In this document: piece by piece, positions 8,101-14,000 of the stretch
Numbering within the stretch: the stretch's first letter is position 1
How the letters are laid out: every line of letters starts with the position of its first letter
NCBI GenBank assembly: GCA_030704615.1
Contig: JAKLZA010000329.1
Span: forward strand, 1-14,000
Reading direction: 5' to 3'
Length of the DNA stretch: 14,000 bases
Origin: Takakia lepidozioides
Taxonomy: Eukaryota > Plantae > Bryophyta
The notes under the pieces: model-generated
What the model saw: only the letters and a program-made list of their open reading frames with translations
Databases searched by the model: none
What the model was told of the DNA's origin: nothing
Position numbers and translations under genes: made by a program

Positions 8101-8658
8101 GGAAGAGTCAATGCAAATAAGTTGAAGGGGTACAGTGGTATCCATGACAAACCCCTGCAACATGATTTGCATGTTGAACCGCAAGAGCAGTCACGGGCTG
8201 CACCAGTGTTACGAACGGAGTATGGAACACTTGTCGCTAGGCCCAGTATATATGACCGGGGTGGGCAAAACAAACGTGACACAGCCTATCACAGCCCATC
8301 AAGGCGTGACACAGCCTATCACAGCCCATCACGACGTGACACAGCCAACCACAGCCCAGCAAGGCGCACCACAGCCTATCACAGCCCATCACGGCGTGAC
8401 ACAGCCTATCACAGCCCATCACGACGTGACACAGCCAACCACAGCCCAGCAAGGCGCAACACAGCTTACCACAGCCCGTCACGACGTGACACAGCCTATC
8501 ACAGCCCGTCACGACGTGACACAGCCAACACAACCCAGCAAGGCGTGACACAGCCTATCACAACCTACCGCAGCGTGTCACAGCCTATCACAGCTTACCA
8601 CAGTGCAACACAGCCTATCACAGCTCAAGACAGCCTACTAAAGTTACACGATCCATAG
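2134..8658 (+). CDS. gag-pol: Gag-Pol polyprotein (capsid, 3 CCHC knuckles, aspartic protease, RT, RNase H, integrase, repetitive tail)
   Basis: Capsid start FPIYSGKGDPDVHISQF (~2998); CX2CX4HX4C at 3652, 3712, 4030; protease LIDGGSGVN (D at 4699); RT FLDD (6010..6021); RNase H CDASG (6454), NYSTTEREAL, VDHQAL, ADHLSRL; IN HHCC (7093..7218), D 7303, D 7489, E 7597 (D-35-E spacing); GPY motif WKGPY (~8022). No internal stop or frameshift. Confidence 0.97.
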   Translation: MSDEREARRQRYSLKRESYLKANYPYLWERGIDIGESSGPLTPSRSKSASPIPEELELDATPSVSLQERLRELVQEEDQSRGERSEVHPWIKDLTEIFDKSWHGTPKAGTPVSEAEDEEGDEDVAEPTESSDSPTPLQLSYMSEEETQGQNLNDENREKKLEEEEYEEVDPTAEVETTTRTSQPVGPGSSGALGSQANEGVGSGGSGGLPGSGSGGTGSVGSSATEAGNTVNIVGPEAGSAQGPPLGGRSTTKTTGPEGPAPARVPAPVSGQKVGPQMALQPTRAKPPFPIYSGKGDPDVHISQFEHMCIVNNENGDDAKMRLFPCSLIKKASEWYARFPDNHFLTWNGLNTAFRNRFRTSKTEDEVYGSLQQLKQKKHETVEEYMEKMELMMKKLAAVPAPGLQKTWFVSGLRPELQKKVDMLPHNTVEEAFETANRIEQLGMLRREKKEDEDSEDESDEEEEQELKRKSKRKEKLKRDNYEKRLEEILKKYATEAATHWRKGVWCAKCQNEGHTTTECHMKEKHCTICKMDNHSTENCYYNRRTAAREPRQVRVHQVQPQPRRSNDQDHYGRSGGYNNGMEGRGNSRGNYQGNSRGNYQGNPRGNYQPGNQDYRNNPRPDQGRGPNGEELCYYCNQPGHRKAACSFWIRHQNEMRAPVNEGPVVAAHMVRPCVVPEVSTMIVTRSKAKLIPPVEEEEDETGSGNDMPEDEETWKDEKELHKEVADTIREMQKSTDIPVADSSDSDGEKEESEEERRKEDADMQSNEETLAEVICQTKAEITIGQLLAVAPYCRHRLYQAINRIAQETGNTDLNSKVTSYNVKPEGREPVMDFDDSMPVIQLRIGSTELTDVLIDGGSGVNIMTDQLRKKLGLSNMKPAPFTVTMADQRSVQPLGLIRGVKIQIQKMIFLITVTVLKMDEVMEAYSLLLGRPWLKQARVFHDWNSQLLTVHNGMHEIQITTKKSSRLPATRRPRGVREYDWRGGLDEEQEATLFAAHPEWEQVAEMRLESLSCLRGICCGVVTATPTEEETSIYPSHFYEEREGEIEILEEPATVSLQDEVVTGWTITADEQVREVNVGTPEEPRMVKVGADLEPEFFEEAKSLFIKYRDVFAWSYEDLKGIPPEVCQHKIELEPGSVPIKQARYRMNPNYAQKVGEEIKKLAEAKFIYPIEYTTWLSPIVIVPKKNGKLRVCVNYKKLNACTKKDPFPLPFTEAVLDTVAGHEMYSFMDGFSGYNQVQVAEEDQGKTAFITDWGAYAYKVMPFGLCNAPATFQRVISESFQEYLDDFMQVFLDDFSVYSSKNEHLHKLELCLARCRMRGLGLNPEKCTFCVNSGVLLGHIVCKKGLLVDPRKTESIKVSPPPVNVKSLRRFLGQTSYYRRFVKRYAQIAAPLSKLLKKDAVFAWTAECQQAFEELTLSVTTTPVLINPHWHVVFHVHCDASGEALGAVLAQNVTGNIDSPVYYASRLMNSAERNYSTTEREALAMIYAVKKFRHYLLGRKFMFYVDHQALIYLVNKPLISGRIARWLIILHEFEFEVIYKPGRLHLVADHLSRLTTGEAATGVDDQLPDASLFVMEVQGSADEWLDWQWPIRYYLAHGQCPPSYGKEQRKRIAIRALPYTMVGSRMYKLGPDGVLKRCLYHHEVNKVLEEVHKGVAGGHFGEETTSRKILLAGYWWPTLFKDVHEYCQKCDECQRLGPLQRSGRMALHPTMPTEPFQKWGLDFVGPINPPSKNTRNRYIITATDYTTKWVEAKALRDNTAKSTARFLYENILTRFGCPLEFISDQGSHFMNETIELLTKEFMIVHRKSTTYYPQGNGQAEATNKILCTILAKIVNANRTDWDTKLLTALWSYRTSYKVTTKYTPFQLVYGMEALLPVEFLLPTMRTEWGKRMELQDSIKVRKHELYHVEEVRADAADNMTRIQMKRKEQFDKGKLKTFKTGDLVLWLQKKGKIQASKLKSPWKGPYVIQKMYDNNTAMLQTINKEMLGRVNANKLKGYSGIHDKPLQHDLHVEPQEQSRAAPVLRTEYGTLVARPSIYDRGGQNKRDTAYHSPSRRDTAYHSPSRRDTANHSPARRTTAYHSPSRRDTAYHSPSRRDTANHSPARRNTAYHSPSRRDTAYHSPSRRDTANTTQQGVTQPITTYRSVSQPITAYHSATQPITAQDSLLKLHDP
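3889..3960 (+). repeat. 3 x 24-nt coding repeat (GN[S/P]RGNYQ) in nucleocapsid
   Basis: GNSRGNYQ-GNSRGNYQ-GNPRGNYQ between zinc knuckles 2 and 3; synonymous differences between copies. Confidence 0.85.
8275..8624 (+). repeat. 30-nt tandem array (~11-12 units, 90-nt higher-order period) encoding RRDTAYHSPS-type repeats
   Basis: Unit CGTGAC-ACAGCCTATC-ACAGCCCATC-A(A/C)G(G/A); pattern YHSPS, YHSPS, NHSPA repeated three times; 1-nt deletion at ~8529-8530. Confidence 0.93.
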
Positions 8659-8663
8659 AATCA

Positions 8664-11600
8664 GTGACAAGTGGACACATAAAAACTTCAGTAAAATGGC
8701 TGAAGGAAGAAGAAACGGAAATTAATTTAAAAATAGACACGTGGAGGTCAGGGTGCGACACACAGCAGAGAATGAAGTGCAAGGACAGGTGTCAAAAAGA
8801 AAGAGGACAAGAACGGCCGTCAAAAGGGATGAAAGGCGGACCCATTAATGATTACGGAAAAAGGGAAACAGAACGAACGGCAAGTACAGAAAAGCCGAAT
8901 TCATGTCGCATGTGTGATCCTAGTGGACTATCCAACAGGGAAAGTCCACTAAAGAAGATAAAAGTTAAAATCCAGTCACAGCGGCCACAGCCAATAGAAA
9001 ACCAGAAAAATGATCAAGAAAATGGAGGGAAATTGAGCGCAAGAGGCGGCGTCGTTCAGAGTAACGGGCGTCTCGACAGGACAGGCCATAAATGCTATAA
9101 CTTGGAAACTATGGAGGAACTAACAGACATTACGCTCGCAATATTACTTACGCAGTGGCAGAGACACGAAACGAAAGAGCAGAGCTTTTCTCTTGAACAA
9201 TGCTTGCAAGCCCCGCAGGCTTACAAGAGGTTACCCATAGCTTTCTGCGGCAACCATACGTTTCTGCTTTGTGCACTACAGGCACTCCTGCAGTTGTTAC
9301 AGCCAAAGCAGTTCGGTGAGTCTAAGATGAAGAGAGTGAGAGGAATGGAGGAAATCAGGGTGAAGAGCACCACCATTCTGCAGAAACAAACGATGGCTAC
9401 CCCACAGGCGACAAAGATACTGAAGGAGCTGAGATTGGAAGGATTGCAAAGCAAGGATTGGACACTACACCATAGACAGTACATGTTACAATTTTTGCAG
9501 AACTTTGAGCCAAAGACAGGAACAACAACGGTGAAGGGAGTTGAATTAATGATTACTCCCCTATACCTCCAGCAATTGTTTCAATTGCCAGCAGGTCATG
9601 TGTATGTGGAAGAACACAGGGAAAGACTGCAAATAGGGGATTTATTCCAAGAAGGGAGTTTCTTTAAAACTCAGGGTTATGCTTGTACCAAAGCTGTGTA
9701 CCCAGGGTTAAAAGACATAAGCCAAGTATTGAACGTTCTGATTGCCCTGAAACAGAACCAACAATATTTGAGCAAATCCTTCACAGAGGAAATCCTCAAA
9801 GGCTTGAAGGGACAAGAGGTACTATGGGCGGACATAATGTACAACGCACTGGTAGAGGAGATGAAAAGATTACAAAGTACTACCGCAAAATCTCCTATCA
9901 TAGTGTCTGGCCCAATCATTGCTCAAATAATCCTTAGTTCGGGCATACTTAATGCACAAGAAAGGAAGGAAATGGGAGTGTTTGAGCCAGAAACAACTGC
10001 AATGGAAGAGCAAGGCTCTTCACACAGTGAGGGTGGACTAGCAGCACAACCAGAGACTAAGAGGCAGAGAAGGGGAAAGACTGTAGTGGCGGATCCACTG
10101 GCTTCACGGATTCCGCATGATAATGTTTCCCAAGCTCATAACCAGGAAGGGGCACAGCAGCACAAAAGAATGTTATTACTGGAAGCAGGACCTTCAGAGA
10201 GGGAGGAAGAAGTTACTTCTGCATCACAACCAACACAGCCACTTGAACGACTTGTCACAAGGTCACAAGTTATCCATGCAGCTCAAACCGAAATAATTGA
10301 TTTGGAAAGTGAAGGGATAGAGATTCCAACTACAGAGCAGATAGTGGCAGAAATAGAGAAAGGGGACCTTCTCTATGAATATTCTGGTCTGGTAAAGGAG
10401 ACAGAAATCCCAGAGGTGCAACAGTTGCCCAAAGGAAATCCTGAGGTGCATATAATGCACACACCTGTGTTGGAGGTACCACAGGCAGAAGGCCATGACA
10501 CTGTAGCACCGGTCATGAATGAAGTAGTTCAGGAAGAAAATCCGGTGGGACAATGGTCTGAATGGTTAGTGAGACATCATACTGTTGAAGATCGGGAGGA
10601 ACAGCAGCAACCTCACCATGATGACCCTCAACAGGAAATGCTGATGAGTTCCATAGGCAGGACACTTAATTTGTTGGGGACTTATGTCAAAACCCATGTT
10701 CCAATTACCCAATTGACAGCCTTGAAAGAAGAACTCAGGAAGGAGTTTGAGGCTCGACTTGCCACTGAGTGTGCAAACAAGGTCGATGAAGAGGTCACTC
10801 TCAAGATGAAGCAGGACTTGGCCAATACAGAAATGGCTTTGCAATTAGCCAAGCAACAATTGATTGAGGCAGGCCTCGCGCAAGACCAGTTGCACGAAGC
10901 ACATAAGCAACAGCTATACCAAATGCAGGTGCAGCATGAAAGCAAGTTGCAAGAACTGAATGCACTACATACGGAGTTGCAAACAGTGCATAACAGGATG
11001 GCAATACAATGCGCTACAATTACAACTATGCTTGACCAATCAACAAAAGAAATAAACAGTCAAGCGGAAAAATGTACGAAGGCAGAAGAAGAGAATGCGG
11101 AGCACATGAAGCTCATTGTCGATATGAAGAATACAATCTGTCGCAATGAAGATACTCTCAAGCAATACAGGCAGATGGAAGCTGAGAATGAGAAATACAT
11201 CGTGGAGTTGCAACAAAACATCGTGGCCAATAGAAATGAAATCTCAATCAGTAACAAGGCTTCGAAAGAAGCCAATAATCTACTTGTTGCCTATGCGCAA
11301 TTGGTTGAGCCACAGGCGAAGCGCATGAAGGATTTACAACAGCAGTTGGAATTGTATAAGCTAAGAGAGGAGCAAACTCTCAGGGGAACCACAAGCAGCT
11401 TGGTGGATAACAGCCTTATGCAGGTCTGGCTAGCACAAGGGCCAGTAGAAGGCAAAGCCCCACGGAAGCTCACCCAAAGCGAGATGAATGAGCTTAGACT
11501 GCAGGTGCAGAACATTGCCACAACTACTATAGACAATGTCTATAGTAGGATAGCAGAGTTACAAGAGGATGTAGACGGACTCCAGACTCAAGTGGAAGAC

Positions 11601-12878
11601 CTCACTTCAAACATCGACCAAAGAGTCTATATCCCTCGGGAACAGCTAATGGCTTCTTATTTGAAAGCCAGAACTCTGGCTTTTCAGTCTTCACAGGAGG
11701 TGCAAGAGATGCCAATGGTACAGGAACCACTACCACCACCACCACAACAGGTCAGTGTACCAGTAACTGAACCTGTGGTTACTACAACCACACCACAGCC
11801 ACCACAGCCGGAGGTATGGGGCAATGCAGCTTTTAACCCACCTAAAACTCCAGCTGCCAGGGAGTACAGTAGGGCTATGATTATGCCCTTCAACCAAATT
11901 CCATTCATGTTGGATTTGGCTTGGAAAGAATTTAGTCCTCCGCAGTCATTCGCACATTACTACCAAATCATGCGTATTTGGCTGCCAGTGGCAACCAGGA
12001 CTAAAGTTCTTCCAAACAATCGACATATTGAAGATCATCACTTTGCACAATACTGGCACGAGGCAGGTACAATGTTGAGGGAATTGGTTGCTTTCCAGGT
12101 TGTACATGGACTCATTTATACCAAGACCAAGGAGATAGCAAGTATTGTCATGGGGTGCGGGCTATACTACGCTGCTTGTTTTCTGATACGTTACCACATT
12201 GAGCAACAAAAGATGCAAGCACGCTTTCAAAGTTACTCCAGTGGAGATCATTGGGTATTACCTTCGGTGCCACCTCATATGTACCTATATGACCCAAAAG
12301 TTATGATACAGAAGGATTCTCAAATTCGTTCATGGTTTCAAGCAGCCTGCAACAATTTGTCAACACAGAAATTCGGACTTGATGACATTTTCTATAAGGG
12401 ACATATCGCATGGAAATACTTGCACGCGGCACCAGTAATTGGTACCCCACTCATTTGGACAGACAAGGAGCTCAGTGTCTACACCAATTTTGCTGTTCAA
12501 CGGTTGCACCAGGTTGTAAAATGCAAACTTCCAGACATGGTAGGACAGCATTGTATGCCCCAGATGATTCCACAAAAAGTTCGAAAATTAAAACACCTAA
12601 GAGGCGATGACGATTCTGATACAACTGGTTCTTCACAAAATTCTTTTGACATGGGAGAAGACTATACAATTCAGATGGAAGCGAAGAAACAAAGGGGATC
12701 TCCTCTGCCGGAAAGATTACCTCGATATCAGCCTCCAGAAGGCCTCACTTATCCAGGTAGTAATCAACCATCTCCATCAACCAGAGACAGACCTCGGGCT
12801 CGTACACACAGCCCACCACGAAACTCTCAACGTCAACAAAGTGATCACTCACAAAGGTTTGCTACTCGAAAACAGTAA
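8664..12878 (+). CDS. Large 3' extra ORF (ORF3), env-like/Athila ORF-1-type N-terminal domain + coiled coil + unknown C-terminal domain
   Basis: Frame is open from 8520; track start is GTG 8664; best-context ATG is 9393 (ACG-ATG-GCT). Region 9468..9944 (YMLQFLQNF...TTVKGVELMITPLYLQQLFQLP...GQEVLWADIMY...GPIIAQII) follows the LVREFYANx...VRGxxIxxxxxxIxxLFxLP...GxxINWG...PxLITxL pattern of plant env-like proteins; E/Q/K/L-rich heptad region ~10713..11618; stop 21 nt before the PPT. Confidence 0.8.
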   Translation: MTSGHIKTSVKWLKEEETEINLKIDTWRSGCDTQQRMKCKDRCQKERGQERPSKGMKGGPINDYGKRETERTASTEKPNSCRMCDPSGLSNRESPLKKIKVKIQSQRPQPIENQKNDQENGGKLSARGGVVQSNGRLDRTGHKCYNLETMEELTDITLAILLTQWQRHETKEQSFSLEQCLQAPQAYKRLPIAFCGNHTFLLCALQALLQLLQPKQFGESKMKRVRGMEEIRVKSTTILQKQTMATPQATKILKELRLEGLQSKDWTLHHRQYMLQFLQNFEPKTGTTTVKGVELMITPLYLQQLFQLPAGHVYVEEHRERLQIGDLFQEGSFFKTQGYACTKAVYPGLKDISQVLNVLIALKQNQQYLSKSFTEEILKGLKGQEVLWADIMYNALVEEMKRLQSTTAKSPIIVSGPIIAQIILSSGILNAQERKEMGVFEPETTAMEEQGSSHSEGGLAAQPETKRQRRGKTVVADPLASRIPHDNVSQAHNQEGAQQHKRMLLLEAGPSEREEEVTSASQPTQPLERLVTRSQVIHAAQTEIIDLESEGIEIPTTEQIVAEIEKGDLLYEYSGLVKETEIPEVQQLPKGNPEVHIMHTPVLEVPQAEGHDTVAPVMNEVVQEENPVGQWSEWLVRHHTVEDREEQQQPHHDDPQQEMLMSSIGRTLNLLGTYVKTHVPITQLTALKEELRKEFEARLATECANKVDEEVTLKMKQDLANTEMALQLAKQQLIEAGLAQDQLHEAHKQQLYQMQVQHESKLQELNALHTELQTVHNRMAIQCATITTMLDQSTKEINSQAEKCTKAEEENAEHMKLIVDMKNTICRNEDTLKQYRQMEAENEKYIVELQQNIVANRNEISISNKASKEANNLLVAYAQLVEPQAKRMKDLQQQLELYKLREEQTLRGTTSSLVDNSLMQVWLAQGPVEGKAPRKLTQSEMNELRLQVQNIATTTIDNVYSRIAELQEDVDGLQTQVEDLTSNIDQRVYIPREQLMASYLKARTLAFQSSQEVQEMPMVQEPLPPPPQQVSVPVTEPVVTTTTPQPPQPEVWGNAAFNPPKTPAAREYSRAMIMPFNQIPFMLDLAWKEFSPPQSFAHYYQIMRIWLPVATRTKVLPNNRHIEDHHFAQYWHEAGTMLRELVAFQVVHGLIYTKTKEIASIVMGCGLYYAACFLIRYHIEQQKMQARFQSYSSGDHWVLPSVPPHMYLYDPKVMIQKDSQIRSWFQAACNNLSTQKFGLDDIFYKGHIAWKYLHAAPVIGTPLIWTDKELSVYTNFAVQRLHQVVKCKLPDMVGQHCMPQMIPQKVRKLKHLRGDDDSDTTGSSQNSFDMGEDYTIQMEAKKQRGSPLPERLPRYQPPEGLTYPGSNQPSPSTRDRPRARTHSPPRNSQRQQSDHSQRFATRKQ

Positions 12879-12899
12879 ACCGTGAGGACACGGCTTTTT

Positions 12900-12913
12900 G
12901 AGGGGGGAAGGGG
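12900..12913 (+). promoter_or_regulatory. Polypurine tract
   Basis: GAGGGGGGAAGGGG preceded by a T-run and followed by TAA and then the TG of the 3' LTR. Confidence 0.93.
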
Positions 12914-12916
12914 TAA

Positions 12917-13965
12917 TGTTAGAGGACTGTAGGGGACTTAGACACTTATACGGGATCTGTAGGGTACCCTTAATTTTTGCACAGACTGAGACAAACAGGA
13001 ACCTTAGGGGTGACAGCAGAGCACTGTAGAAGGGGGTTACACAACCCACACAGCCCACACAGCCGTCACAGCCGTCACAGCCCACACAGCGCACACACAG
13101 CCCACACAGCCCACACAGCCGTCACAGCCCACAGCCCACACAGCCGTCACAGCCACACAGCCCGTCACAGCCGTCACAGCCCACACAGCCCACACAGCCC
13201 CACAGCCGTCACAGCCCACACAGCCCACACAGCCGTCACAGCCAACACAGCCCGTCACAGCCGTCACAGCCCACACAGCCCGTCACAGTCGTCACAGCCC
13301 ACACAGCCCACACAGCCCGTCACAGTCGTCACAGCAGACACAGCCCACACAGCCAGTCACCGCTTGACACAGCTGTCACGATAATAGGGAACGAAGAGTA
13401 GGACAGGGAACGACTGTGGGGAACAACACCAGAGAAGGGAACATGTTAGTTCACATACGACGGTTAGAGAGGGAAACGGTTAGAACCGCGGATAGGAGGA
13501 TAAAGGGAAGAACGGGGATTATGATGAGATCATTATTCGGGGAGGACTTGGGAGTCAGGCGGAAGCGGAGATCGGAGAGCACGATGAAGGAGGATTAGTA
13601 GATGCTTGTTAGATGCAAAGCCGTAGGGATATTGTAGAGGAGAATAGAGATACAATGGCTTCGGCCTGATACCTGATAAATCATAATCTGATATTTATAC
13701 GATACAATCACACTGTGTAGAGAGATCTGAGTGAAGCTGTGGATTGAATGGAGGAGTGAAGGAAACTAATACGTAATTATCAATGGTAAGGTAGCTAAGA
13801 TGAATGCGAAAAGGGAAACAAATAGGAAACACCCCCATGATACACTAGCTGTAGGTCATGACTGATTGTTCTGCGCGGGCTGAGTACTTAGAGATTTCCA
13901 ACTCTTCTATCTTGGAGTTTCCGCCTCGGATAGCGAAGGGATGGGTGAGTAAAAGCCGCGCGACA
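12917..13965 (+). repeat. 3' LTR (1049 bp)
   Basis: Same termini as the 5' LTR; follows the PPT; 72 bp shorter, with the difference confined to the minisatellite. Confidence 0.96.
13039..13379. repeat. LTR minisatellite, 3' LTR copy
   Basis: Same units, about 341 bp, different unit number and order. Confidence 0.95.
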
Positions 13966-14000
13966 GTCAGTGCATTGGAAAAGGAATTGGAAATTTGGCG

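Larger units (their letters stand above)
403..13965 (+). mobile_element. Full-length Ty3/Gypsy LTR retrotransposon, plant non-chromovirus type (Athila/Phygy/Selgy-like), with extra 5' and 3' ORFs
   Basis: Two direct repeats with TGT...ACA ends, PBS after the 5' LTR, PPT before the 3' LTR, gag-pol with Gypsy order PR-RT-RH-IN; RT motifs KKDPFPLPF, SFMDGFSGYNQ, MPFGLCNAPATFQR, VFLDDFSV resemble Athila/Tat-type plant elements; no chromodomain after IN and no second RNase H. Confidence 0.96.

Noticed and set aside
8275-8624. CRISPR-like or telomere-like interpretation of the repeat arrays
   Set aside because: Head-to-tail repeats without unique spacers, no cas genes; heterogeneous units embedded within LTRs and pol.
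8130-8658. Chromodomain or Tat-type additional RNase H
   Set aside because: No chromodomain aromatic-cage motif after IN and no second RNase H motif anywhere in Pol.
2285-12669. Numerous short minus-strand and alternate-frame ORFs overlapping gag-pol and ORF3
   Set aside because: Shadows of purine-rich coding sequence; short and lacking motifs.
13992-14000. Window ends in ATTTGGCG, like the LTR/PBS junction at 1523..1530
   Set aside because: Only 8 nt, not preceded by an LTR end (CA); cannot be evaluated without more sequence.

Overview
The window is almost entirely one intact, apparently young plant-type Ty3/Gypsy LTR retrotransposon of the non-chromovirus group (Athila/Phygy/Selgy-like: no chromodomain, no Tat-type extra RNase H) at 403..13965 on the + strand. 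Layout: 5' LTR (403..1523), tRNA-Arg-like PBS, an extra 5' ORF (ORF0, 1416..2111) that starts inside the LTR and carries an F-box-like motif, a single uninterrupted gag-pol ORF (2134..8658; three CCHC knuckles, PR, RT, RNase H, IN), a 30-nt tandem array translated as the Pol tail, a very large 3' ORF (ORF3; frame open 8520..12878; Athila/SIRE 'env-like' N-terminal domain, long coiled coil, unknown C-terminal domain), PPT and 3' LTR (12917..13965). Main oddities: (1) the F-box-like ORF0; (2) Pol and ORF3 are separated only by one missing base in the repeat array, and restoring it gives a ~3581-aa Gag-Pol-ORF3 polyprotein; (3) the LTR minisatellite core (CACAGCC) is reused in the internal array; (4) the left flank is a degraded copy of the element's own gag and there is no target-site duplication. 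All domain calls are by eye from motifs; no searches were run.
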